Shown in pieces: positions 1-11,747 of a DNA stretch of 64,000 nucleotides (its first letter is position 1; every line of letters starts with the position of its first letter). Under the pieces are notes generated by a model. The model worked only from the letters and a program-made list of their open reading frames with translations, ran no database searches and was not told where the DNA came from. The stretch is from Phyllosticta citribraziliensis (Eukaryota): contig NW_027117344.1 of the NCBI RefSeq assembly GCF_038025025.1, forward strand, positions 1,612,001 to 1,676,000. The letters run 5' to 3'. Position numbers and translations under genes: made by a program.

Positions 1-207
1 CCATCGGCCGAGATCCTCGACGCGCTGCGCGGCCTGGAGCGCAAGACGAGCCTGGTCTACACGCTGCTCAAGGCCAGCGTGTACAGCATTGTTCTGCAGC
101 AGCAGATTTTCGGCGAGGGCGAGGAAGGGAGTGAGGGACAACAAGGACGGGGTGACGGTGCTGCTGCTGGACAGGGACACGGTGGGGGCGCGGATGACGA
201 GGATTAA
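1..207 (+). CDS. DAD3: DASH/Dam1 kinetochore complex subunit Dad3, 3' part (5' end outside the window)
   Basis: Frame 1 reads PSAEILDALRGLERKTSLVYTLLKASVYSIVLQQQ...DDED, with TAA at 205-207. LERKxSLVxTLxKASVYSI is the recognisable Dad3 motif. It is missing from the ORF track because the start is outside the window. Confidence 0.85.
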   Translation, partial: PSAEILDALRGLERKTSLVYTLLKASVYSIVLQQQIFGEGEEGSEGQQGRGDGAAAGQGHGGGADDED

Positions 208-2245
208 GAGGAGGACATGTTTCCACTGGAGAAAACAGGGGAGAGACTCCCTTGAGGGGAGGGTCTTTGCGTCTCTCTCTTTTCCCCTGCCATCTCTGAC
301 TCGGCTGTCCCCAGTCTCGTACCGCTTTGCAGCTGCCGTGCTTGCTCTCACGCTCCTCTCCCATGGCAATCCTCCCACAAATCGAGACGAGAAGAGAAGA
401 CTAGGACTAAGCCTCCACGGCGTCTGCACAGACTTGGTCTACAGCGCTACTTGCCGCTCTGCCTCATCACCTATCGACCTACCTTGTCCGATCCGAGAGC
501 CACACAGGAACAAGACGAAACCGGAGAAGAGGACTTAAAAGGGCATCTCGAGGACCTACGTAACACCTGGCCCTTTGCTAGCTCCGGCGGCTTCGCTTCC
601 CTACTCCTCGTTACGGCAGCATGTCTATCCATCTACATGCGTGCTCCGTTGCTACAACAGCTTCACTCGAGCTCATATAGTGCCGGGCCATCCTCCAGTC
701 ATCCACCCGCCTTGCCAAATCGGACAGAGCGCCAGGCTTCATATCCAACTCCCACCGGCCAGTCAACATGTACTGCACTACACGGCTTGCTCAATCTGCA
801 TCGCGCGCGAGCGTTGAGCGTCGGATCGAAGAGGCTCTGGGTCGACGGACGCAAACGGCGGAGATGGCAAGATACAAGGAAGGAGTGGAGGGGGGAGGAC
901 ACGGCACGTTGCTCGCTGATTGTCGAGAATGTACATCACACCTAGCTGAGAGTAGATAGCAGGCAGCGTCAATGAGACGAAGAGCGAGCAACACAGCCCT
1001 GCTGGCGGACACAAAATGTAAGGTACATAAAATCGCGTTTTAGACTCAAATGTGCCAATGCAAGAAACTTTCTCTGTCCGCTCGGGAGCGGAGTATTACT
1101 ATGGCACTACCACAACCCCTATGCGTGCGTTCTCCCCTCTTCTCATGCGCCGCTCAAGCAGCGCTGGTAGACACATGTTTAAAGCCAAGCATCCATTTTC
1201 AGACGTCCACCCAGCCCAAGCACGTGGCGTAGATTCCAACACACACAATCACCAACAAGCACATCATGAGTTTGTCCTTGTTTTAGCGGGGTAAATCGTG
1301 TACTCCATTTTCTGTTACCCTAAGATGCTTTGCCAACTAAAGTAAGCTGCTAAGCTACCTAGGTTTATTTTCCCTTGAGGCCCTCATACACGGCACCATC
1401 ATAAAGCCACCATTTTTTGTCGTTTTGTCGTTTTTGTGTGTGTCGAGACCTTTCCTGCCGCTGGCAAAATGCCTTTGATGGACCTCGAAAAGGAGAAAAG
1501 CCAGTAGTGCATGGGGAAACGGGGGAAGAAAATGCAAGCGGAAACCAGCACAGGGTCAAAGTCAAGAACTCCAGTCGAGACCCAAGTTCAAAGCTTCGAA
1601 CCAATGGCTGAAAGCCGCCGCTGTGATTTGTTTGTTGTGTAAAAGACGAGAAACAGAAGAAAGAGACCCTCGTCGCCCAGACAGAAAGCGGGGAGACGAT
1701 CGGTCCGTCGAGAAGATGTTGGAAAAGCAGAAAAACAAGGAAGCAGTCAATGTGCATATAGCCCAGAACGCTGATAAGCAAACCGAGCCATGTGTCCGGG
1801 GCGTCGTCCATCAACTCAACCAACCATTACGACGACGAGGAATGACGCCTCCTTCCCCATGATGGCATAGACAAGTGTGCCGGGGAATGAAAAGGTCGAA
1901 ATTGGGAATGCAATGCAAAGAGCTAGGACAAGTGTGATAAACCAGGAATTAGGGCAATGAAGTGCAAAACAAAAGGGGAATGCATGAGAAGTCTGACAGA
2001 CTGCTCGACTGCCATGGTTCGAAGACGTCCATCAATGAAAACGCAAAGCCCGAGAAAGTGCCAAGTCGAGATTTTCAGGCACTGTGGCCGTGCTCCGGTA
2101 GCATAAAGCGATGTCGAGTAGTACCAATGCCAGACAATAAGTTGGTGGCCCGTCGTTGAGTGTGCCAATGGGAGCCCGCCAACTAAAAGAGCAAGTTGGT
2201 CGGCAGTCGAAAATCGAATGAGACCAATGGAGTTTGGGCTTTTGA

Positions 2246-5200
2246 TCAGCCGTCAAGAGGGTGCTGAGCACGGTAGGCGGCAACCTGCTCCTCCTCAGTC
2301 ATCTTGACCTGGTGGAACTTCTTCTTCCAACCCTCCTTCCACTTCTTCTTTGCCGCTGGGGACATGGTAGTAGGGTCTTCCATCTCCGGCTTGAGGTTCT
2401 TGGCCTTGTCCTTGGAAGGTGAGAGCTTGAACTTCTTGGGGGTGCTAGCACTCGAAGGGCCAGCAACGTCGTTCAAAGTAGTCTGGCGCTCAACGTGCTT
2501 GGAAGGACTGGCACGCGTGGTGAACTGCTCGGCCTTGGGGCTCTGTGGAGTTGGAAAGGCACCCTCAAGCTCAGCCATGTCATCGTCATGCTGACCATCG
2601 TAGGAGAGGCGGAGGTTGCGGTTCTGACCGCGCTGGTCACCAAGGCAGCTCAGAGAAAAGCGCTGGCCCTTCTGCTGAGAGTGCTGGGAGTTGGAGAAGA
2701 CACGAGTCAACTTGGATGGGGAGTGCTCCGACTTGTCATTCTTCTGCGGCTCAGCCTCGTTGCCAGAAATCTTCTTGATGGGCGTCTGGTTGCTGGTCAG
2801 GATGGAGTCAATCTTGTCGCGAATCGAGCTGTCAACCGCGGCTCCCTGGCCACTCATTGCCCTGAGGTTCTTCGGAGTCGGAGCGCTGATGCCCATGTCA
2901 GAAACGATGCTCCTGTCGCTCGTGAAAGAGTTGAACGCTCCAGGCGAAGGGCGCTCAATGGGACCAGGAGTCGGCTTGACCGTGGCAGTAGAGACCTGAC
3001 GGCTAGGCGTCTCGACTTGGGACATGAAAGCAGGCGGAGATTGAACCTGGGGCTCGAAATCTTCCTCCACAGAAGAGTCGCCGACCTCACTGGCCGAGCT
3101 GTCTTGAGACTTCTTGGCCTGAACAAGACCCTGAGCCCAACCCTGCATGTAGTCGAGGTCCTCGGTGCCCATGACGCTCTGGCCAGCCAAGCCGGCAGAA
3201 AATCCCATCAAAAACCCAGTAGACTTGTTCCTGAAGTCGAGAGTACTACTTGTCGAGGCCGCAGGCGTCTTGGACTCCTTGTGGTGCTTGCGAGACGAGC
3301 GCCTGGTGTAGAGGGAGGTCTTGTCGGTGCTCTGCTCTCTGGACATCTTGCGAGGCACGTGGAGACGTCCACTTTCGGCCACGGCTTCAGAGCTGCGGCG
3401 CAAAGCCAGATCACTCATGTTGGCCGTGACGCCGTTGACGGGAGAGACTTGAGGCGCCTTAAGGGATTGGGCAGGGTCAGGGCTGAGGAAGTCGGAGTGC
3501 CATGGACCGTTCTCCCACTTGGACTTCTCGGGAGTGACAGGCTGGGTCTTGCGGCTGACATAGTTGGAGGATGAGTGCTCGTGCGGGTTGTGGGGGAAAA
3601 AGTCGGCAGTGTTGATGCTAGACGCACTCGGCCTGTGGGCAGACGAGCTCGCAGAACGCATGGGACTGGGACCACCTCCCTTCTTCTCGCAGAGCCAGGG
3701 AAAGTTCGAGGCAAACTGCGCAGAACGTGGGGGCGAGGCGATCGGAGACGGAGAAGGCGGAACGAAAACGCTGGGAGACTCGCCATGGGGTCCATCAGAC
3801 TTGTGCGGCTTGTGCGGGGTGTACGCAGGACTGGTAGGGTCGAGAGCCGAGCGCTTCTGATTGCTGAGCTCCTGGAGCTTGCGAGGGTCCTTGATTTCCA
3901 AAGCGTGCGACTTGCGGGCAGCGTGTCCAGAGGTCTTCTGCTGAGACTTGCTCTGACCTTTGTCCGACTTGTTGACGTCCTGAGTAGGCAACGAATCCAC
4001 CGAGGGAAAGCCCGCATTGGCATCAAGGCTGCTGAAGCTCTGATTTCCGAAGGACGAAAAGCTGGGGACCATGCCCATGTAGGGCTGGAGCGCCGTGGGT
4101 TGGGGTGGAGGGTAAATGTAGCCCGGCGGAGGAGTCGCGTACATGAACGGGTTTGGCGGCGTATTTCCAAGGCCGTGGGGCGGGTTCACGAAGTCGGAGG
4201 GGTGAGTGCCAGCCGGCTTGGAGTCCTTCTTGGCCTCCGTCGAGAAACTTTCAGAAGTCGAGGCAGAGTTGGGCGGGTTCTTGTCGGCGGCCTCGAGACG
4301 CTTGATCTCCCTGCGAATCTCGTCCGCTTCGTTGATCATGCGGATCTTGGAATCAACCATGCGCTTGCGTTCGTCGGCAGTGTTTGAGCCCTCTTGAATG
4401 ACCATGCTGCGCTCCAGGTCGCGCTGCTCCAACTGAATCTTCTTAAGTGTCTTCTTAAGCTCGGGAACAGAGAGGGCCTGGAAGGCCGACGGGGACGGAG
4501 TGCCGTACGACTTGGGCTGGGCGGTCGCGTACGGGAACGCGAGAGCAGGGGCGGGAAAGCCGTAGTACTGCGTGAGAGCGGGCGGCGGATTGAAAGGCGC
4601 GTACTGAGAGAAACTGCCAGCGGCGCCTTGGTGATTGACGTGCATCGAGTTCATGGAGCTGCTCGAGCGACTCAGGTCAAACGGAGCGCGATCGATCCTG
4701 CCACTGCCGCGGTTGAGTCCATTGGCAGAGCCGTTGGAAGAGCCGTTGTCCACAGGGAACGAGGGACTTCCGAGGCGCAAGTCTGAAGGGACGATGCGAC
4801 CACCTGCAGTGACGCGCATGCCGGGTGGTGAGCCATGTTCCTTGATGAGGCGCTCCACCTTGTTGCGCTTGACAGACGGGCTGGGCGAGGGCTTCTTCTG
4901 GTTACCTGAGCGAGACGACATGACCGCAGCGTCGGAAACGTTGCGACTCTTGTTGAGCATGGTGTTGCTTCCAGTGGAGCTGGCGCTTTTGAGAGGGTTG
5001 CTGAAAGCGGGAACGGAAGCTGATGGCCGCAAGACCATCCGCGAGGAAGAGAGAGCCGGACGAAGGACGTGTTCTGAAGTAATTGTCAGAGTCCTCGGTG
5101 AGCTCAAGTCAAGGTGTCGGGCGATGTGTTTAGGGATGCGGGTCGGAGTGGTAAACGCGTCGGGTGGAAATGCGCCTGGCAGCCCGCCGAGACGCGGAGG

Positions 5201-5594
5201 GCATGTGCCGATTTCTCTGACGGCGCTGCCAGGCGTCGTCGAATCTGGTGTCATATCGGGCACAGCCATGATGACGCGCGACAATGCAAGGTCGGGGTGT
5301 TGATGAAAGGTGTTGAAGGAGGGAAAACAAGAGCAGGAAAGATATATCGCAAGTTCAGAAGCTTCAGAAGCCCCGCGTAACGCGAACAAAACGTGGTGGC
5401 GTACGCCGAGGCGGTCACTGCTCAAGGAAAAATGGCTACTAACCTCTCACAGCGTCCTCGTCTGCAAATTTGTCCAACGACACTGCCGACTCGGAGATGG
5501 AATCGCGCAGCGCAAGGAGCTCAGCTACCTTGGACCGGACCGACGTCCTCGAGGTATCGCCATCCCTGGAAACAGGCTCTCCTTGGGTTCCCAT
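2246..5594 (-). CDS. Large Ser/Pro-rich, mostly disordered hypothetical protein with a central coiled coil (~1010-1050 aa)
   Basis: There is an uninterrupted ORF over 2246-5269. A probable exon 1 at 5594-5444 (MGTQGEPVSRD...DAVR) joins in frame through the intron 5443-5245 (GTTAGT...CAG). An alternative start is the ATG at 5269. A 5'UTR intron is likely at 5710-5652 (GTATGG...GCTAAC...AAG). Confidence 0.75.
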
Positions 5595-6642
5595 GATGCC
5601 GGAGACTCGGGAGAACGGAGGTGGCCGTGGTGGTTGGATACAAGAGGTGCACTTCCCGTTTCATGGTTAGCTCTGCTAAAGCTGCCCATGCCAGCGCAGC
5701 CACTCCATACCTTTCCTTCTTTGCAAAATGGACAACCGTGTCAATCAAGTATCGGCAAGAATCGGCAAGGGGCTCGAGGGACGCTGTACAATCAAGAAGA
5801 AGAGGTGGCGGGTTGTATCCAATCGTGCAACAGGCGTGCCGGATAGTGATTGAATGAGTGGACAGCGAGTCGTACAGAGCAGTGCAGACTGGGAGCCAAG
5901 AGAGAGCGTGCGTGGGGAGTGATGGTCGAGCGATGATGGCAATGGAGTTGAAAGAGGATCGAAGGTAGAGGCACGACAGACTTGAAAGGTGTACACGGGG
6001 CCCAGGCCGGCTCCTTCTGAAAAGACCTACGGCGTTTGGCATGAATGATGGCAGAGATCGATCTTGCGGGAGGCTGAACGGGAAGCTAGGACGTGGGAGG
6101 GCTCGAAGGGCAGCATGCATGCGGGGAGCCTCGATGAGTGTGGAAGCCACGAGCAACGTTATCCTGCTCATTCCAGATGAGGACACTGCGGCACTGCGGG
6201 ACGGAGCTAGAACCGTGGCCTAAGCGAGACCCCTGCCGGAAGTATCAAGAAGCATCTCGTCAATGGAAGCAAAGGAAAGGGGAGGTCTGAGACAACAGAA
6301 GGGGTTCCGGACTCTCCTCCCAGACGACGAGAGCATTGAAAGAGGACAATGGGTAAGAACCAGCCACAGTACCGCGAGGCACAATCTCTTTCGGTTTGCA
6401 GCAGCAAACATCAATTATGGTCTTCCGGGAGTGCGGGGGGACGAGAACGAGAGCATTCATGAAAAAATTGATGCGACCCGAGCTGAGAAAATGCTCCTGT
6501 TAGTCTGCTCCAGTCTCCTACCTTGATGGCCCTTTGACCATCCAGCAAACCCATTCAAGCAAAGAGGATATTTTCCCACCCATTCTTTTGTCCCTAGCAA
6601 CGCCAAACTAATGCACATATACCTCTTTCATGTCTAGCCATC

Positions 6643-9016
6643 TCATCTCCTCCTGCCACCCTTCGGCGCCGGCGGTTCAAAGGCGTCTTCCTCGTCATCG
6701 TCCTCAATATCATCCACGACTTCCCTGCTGGAAGCACCTCTGCCCCTCTGTGTCGAGCCAACCACGCTCTCGGGCTGTGAAAAGGTCAACTGCGTCTGCC
6801 TCTTCGACGACGGCGCCGTAGCTCGCGTGGCCCTGGTAGAAGTAAGGGTGGCTTTCTTCGCCGGGCTAGCCGCTTTGCGTGTCCGAGTGGTGGTTGCGGG
6901 CGTATTCTTGCTGCTCCGGGCTGCAGGCTTCTTCGTGGGCCGAGTAAAGAGGTCTTCAGCATCAGACTCGTCGTCATCGTCGTCATCATTGCCGTCTGAT
7001 ATCATGATAATGTCTTGATCGACGTCCTCCCCATCGTCTTCAGGAGTGGGACTGCGAGCCTTTTTTCCTCGGTCGCCTTTCGCTGGTGCCTTTTTGGCTG
7101 CGGCTGTGGTCGCACGAGAGGTTGAGCTTGCGGCGCCGCGGCCACGGCCACGTCCCCTACCACGCGTGGCAGCTGGTTTCGGAGGCACGGACCCCAGGCG
7201 TGAGGTGTCGTCGTCGTCGTCCATAGGCGTGTCGTTTTCACGGATCATTGCACCAGGTTGGTCTGCCCAGTGGCCGTCCATGTCACTGTCCCAGTTGTCC
7301 GGCTTGGGCTTGACCTTTCGGCCAGACGCGGTCGGTCTAACGTGGCCTGCAGCAAACAATTCCTCCAGCTTTGCACGGTACGTGTCCATAGCTTCCTTGA
7401 TGGCATCCTCGTCCATTTCCTCTTCGTTCGTGAGGAGATGCTTCATTTGGGAAGCAAGCGACTCGTTGACAAAAGTCTCCATGGCGAATTTGTCGTCCTT
7501 GTCGACAAATTGAGCAACAGCGTCGCCGAAACTGTTTTGAGGCAAGATCGTCAAGCTCTGCGCGGTCAAGTACTCACGTACTAGTTTCTCAACCTTGACA
7601 TTGTCAAGCGCGAGCCGGGCAAGCACGTTCTCGTCCGGCGCGACGACCTCGTTCTTAGACTTCCTTTGCGCCTTTGCCTTCCCGCGGTGGAATTGTACAA
7701 CGTCCTGAATGTTGGCCACTTTGCCGACAAAGCGATTCGAGAAGCGCTGCGGGTTCTCGCAGTCAAACTTGCCACCTTCTGGCGCTGTATAGTTGACTCG
7801 GAGGCGGACAAGTGGCAGCGGCATCTCCTCATCTTCGTCCAAGTCCGAGCCTTGGGTCTCGAGCCACTCTGTTTTCGCCTGGTCGATGAGCTCGTCCACG
7901 ATACCCATGAGATGCCGGGTTATGATGGGGCGATTGTTGTCTTTCTTCCACACGTCCTTCATGGCTGGCTCCTCCTCCAAGACGATCTCCTTCATTACGA
8001 ATGGCCGCACTGTTTTCAATCGGATAGGCTCACTCTCGAACCCTTTGCCCTTGATGCTGAGAAGGGCAACGTGCTTTGGCTCTGCCTCTCCTGGCATCAG
8101 AGACGTGGCGACAGAAGAGCCAGGCTGCATGACATGGAAGCCCATTTCTGGATTGAGCTTTGGCTCGATCAAGCACTCGTGTTCGTGACCCCAAATGACC
8201 ATGTTCATGAATTCGGGTATGAAGTTCTCTGGCAGATAATCGGTGAACGTGTGCGCGTGGTGATTTTGATGGACACTCATGAGGTTGAACCACTCGTCCT
8301 GCTGCGTGGAAGGCCGGTAGAACTTGACATTGCCATCCCGAAAGGTGCGGAAAAGACGTTCATCGCGCACATTGCTCATGCCGTACAACGCCAGCTTCGT
8401 ACGTCCCTTTTGCAGCAACAACGGCTTGATTTGAATCTTGTCCGACTCAGGCGTGCGGCCGTAGTAATTGATCAAGCCAGTGACTTGAAGGAGATCCAGC
8501 GCCGCCAAATGACCTTCACCAGAGGGGTCATCGTGGTTGCCGTGAATCGAAAAGACGGGAATAGCGACGTTGATGTCTGGGTCTTCGTAGTTTACATGGT
8601 CAAAGGTGCCGGCAAAGTGTTCGGATGCGTCGCTCAGCATCTCAAGCTCGCAGGGCTTGTCGCCGAGGCAGGCCATGCGCAGGGTTCGCATCACTTGGTA
8701 CATGCTCTTGCGCGAGGGCTTGTTTTCGTGGAAGAGGTCGCCGGCGAGGAGTACCATGTCGACGTCGCGTTCCTTGGCTATTGTCATGATTTCGTGAAAA
8801 GTCTTCCAGCTATCGTCGCCGCGGATGGCGTCGCGCTCGTGGTAGCCCACATGATTGTCAGTCGCCACGAGCATCCGGATCGTGTCTGGGTCTGTGGATT
8901 TCCGAGTGTGGTCAGCCAAGCAGCTCATGATTGAAGGGATAATAGTGCGAATGATACAGACCATAGCTATCGGCCGCTTGGCTTTGGCCGCGGCGATTCT
9001 GGCTTTGTCCTGGCAT
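6643..9016 (-). CDS. MRE11: Double-strand break repair nuclease Mre11
   Basis: Phosphoesterase motifs ATDNHVG, LAGDLFHENKPS, SIHGNHDDP and WGHEH, plus NPQRFSNRFVGKVAN. A short exon 1 (MPGQSQN...) is followed by one intron at ~8892-8961. Confidence 0.97.
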
Positions 9017-9209
9017 CGTGGTGGATGCGGTGATGCGGAGAGGACGGAGCCCGGGGAGTAGTGGTGTTGAGCTTCAGGGCAATCGAGGTGAGATTTATTG
9101 CGCACAAGACGATTGAATCCAGGCAGCAATTACTGCCGCACAGCACCCATTCTCGAGGCAAGTTGAAAAACAAGGTCGACGCATGGCAGATGAACAGCGA
9201 GGCCGACGG

Positions 9210-9224
9210 ACGCGACGCGACGCG
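9210..9224. promoter_or_regulatory. (ACGCG)3 MCB-like cluster in the MRE11/RSM19 divergent promoter
   Basis: ACGCGACGCGACGCG lies about 200 nt upstream of the MRE11 ATG. Confidence 0.45.
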
Positions 9225-9400
9225 GGGACCTGAAGTGCTGCCTGGCTGGTCCAGGAATCCCTGCACTGCATCACTGACCTCTCTCACCTCACTCGGCTCT
9301 CTTGGCTCGCCCGCAAAACCTCCGCCGACCATCTCCGCCCGCAACACCAGACAGCAACAGGACGGACGGACAAGATCCACGCACCAGCGCTGTCGCGACC

Positions 9401-9930
9401 ATGCTGCCCACGCGCGCTCTCTTCTCGCGGTCCGTCTGGAAAGGTGTGCTACCCCATCTCAATGTCTCGAATCGAGCTTCTCCCATACCCAGTACAATTC
9501 ACTGACATGTCCGCATCCAGGCCCTCACATCGTCCCGTAAGTCAATGCCGCCGCCGACCGCATACCTACCCACCCGCTCAACATTCGCGAACATGTTACC
9601 AATGCAAATCCGCAGTCTTCCCATCGCGCCCGTAAAGGCTGGCGAGAAGCAGCCCATTATCAAGACGCAGGCGCGCTCGGCGACCATTCTTCCCACCTTT
9701 CTCGGCTTGGATTTCATGGTGCACAACGGCAAAAGCTATATGCACGTCAACATCACCGAGGACATGGTTGGTCACAAGCTGGGCGAGTTTGCGGGGTAAG
9801 TCATTCTGTTTCCCCGCGCGGTCCCGCTTGGTTGAGGGAGGACATTGGGGAAACGGCGGACTATTGCTGATTCGATTGACTTGACAGGACAAGAAAGAAC
9901 TTCACCTACAAGATGTCGAAGAACAAATAG
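9401..9930 (+). CDS. RSM19: Mitochondrial small-subunit ribosomal protein uS19m, 4 exons including a ~17 nt micro-exon
   Basis: Spliced product [23 protein letters not shown]...[11 protein letters not shown]...HNGK...[10 protein letters not shown]...TRKNFTYK matches the S19 family, and canonical introns are present. Confidence 0.92.
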
Positions 9931-10205
9931 AGTCCAAGTGGAATACATTCTGTATTAATGCGACATTCAACCAAAGGGGCGGAGTTTGAGGATTATTGAG
10001 AAACGAATTTGGCTGACATTCTGTCCAACCATGCGTAAGTTTTAAAATGTTCAGTTTCTTGGAATCGAGGCGCCTGGTCAGTCCTCTTGAATGTGAATGA
10101 AACCCATAACGCCTTTAATCCGTACCGTCCATGGCCAACTCCCGTCTCATGAGCCCATCATTGCAACCGTTAAATTGTCCAAACCAAAACCGTGACCCCT
10201 CAAAC

Positions 10206-11123
10206 TTAGCGGTAGAACTCGCCCCGCTTGACATTGACGCCATATTCGCCGACTGCCATGCCCAAATCTTCCATCGTCAGCACCGTGCGGCCTTGGCTGC
10301 CACCCTGCCCACCACCGCCGTATCCAGGCCTTTGGACTCCCAGATTCAAACCCTTGCCTTGCGCGCCTCCATCTTTGCTGCTAGCTGCTCCTCCCGTTGC
10401 CGCAGCGCCTGGCGCTCCCGCCATACCGAAGCCGGCAGCACCACCGAGGCCGCCCATGGGGTTGTTCGAGGTCGTGTTGGAGGAGCGAATGCGCGAGTAT
10501 TGGTATGAGTCAGCGGCGATGTCCGCGATGAACTTTTGCGTCGCAAGGGCCAGGAGACGGGCGAGTTGGGGAGGTGTTTCGGGTGGTGGTGGAAGGCCGG
10601 CAAGGGTGAGGTAGTAGTTGGTGACTGCATCGGGGATCTGGAGGGAGGACGGCTAGATCAGCATTCGTGTCCCAGGACTGTGGATACAGCGGGGAGCTCC
10701 GCCGGAGTGAAGTGGCCAATACTGCATCTATGGAAAGTGGGAGGCTCAGCTTACAATCGGCGCATAGTCGTCCATCTTGCCCAGGAACTCGCGCAAGCTC
10801 GCATCTTTTTTGCTCGGTATGCGCAACTCGGCAGCTGGCGGCGGAGCGCTCATGCCATCAGGGGCGCCAGGAGCGGAGCCGGTGGCATTGTCGGCGCTGG
10901 ACGTATCCATGTCGTTGGCGCCGTCGAGGTTCATGGGATCGGGTTGCGATGGGCCGTCTGGCGGCGCGCTCGGGTCGGCTTCAATGGACGACGGGTCGAC
11001 TTCTTCTTGCTTGACTTGTGTAGGAGTAGAAGAGGTGTTGTCGTTGGACGGGTTGGTGTTGGACGACGCGGAGGGCGGCTCGGCCTGGGTCGAGGCTTGG
11101 GTAGCGTTCGGGTCGGACGACAT
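10206..11123 (-). CDS. TAF10: TFIID/SAGA subunit Taf10
   Basis: [20 protein letters not shown]..., [18 protein letters not shown] and [25 protein letters not shown]. Intron 10755-10638. Confidence 0.95.
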
Positions 11124-11747
11124 GATTACTCGCAGCTGTGACAGTCGCGCGGCTGATTCGCCAAGTTTGGATTCAAGGAGGGAGGGCACCTGACGCGTAG
11201 GGCTGCACGGCGCGGTATGCAGGAGTGAAGGTCGGGTGGTTCAGGTAGCCGTGTGCATGGCCCAAAGCCCCCCCCCCAACCAGAAGGTTGAGTCGTCCAC
11301 CCCGCCCAGCCCAGCCAATCAACGTCGACCTGCCCCGGACTCCGCCCTCCCTCACCACACCTCCACAAAGGCACGCTTCACTACTACTGGCGCAGCTAGT
11401 GTCGCAATGTAATAAATATTCTATCGATGTTTCTGGGTATCATGCTCCCATGCAGCGTGCAGACAGGCTGGTGCTGGACCTAATTGAAAGAAAGCAAAAG
11501 CACATGTCAAGGAAGCTGATGATGTGTCAAGAAGAAGGAAAAAGAAACACCGTCCGTCTCTTGTCGCAATTGCCCACCGGCCCTTGCTCATCCCATTCCA
11601 TGCACCACCCAAATGCCCAATCCAAACGTCCGGTATACCCTTGGAGCTTGCCCTCTTGTGTCAGGTCGTCAGTCATGAATCATGATTCCATCTCATCCGG
11701 GATGACGCTCCATCACAACTGTCGCCAATTACATCATCCCAGATACC

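Noticed and set aside
5401..5452. Apparent plus-strand intron (GTACGC...CTAAC...CAG) suggesting an antisense transcript
   Set aside because: The CTAAC is the reverse complement of the minus-strand GTTAG donor, which already gives an in-frame gene model.
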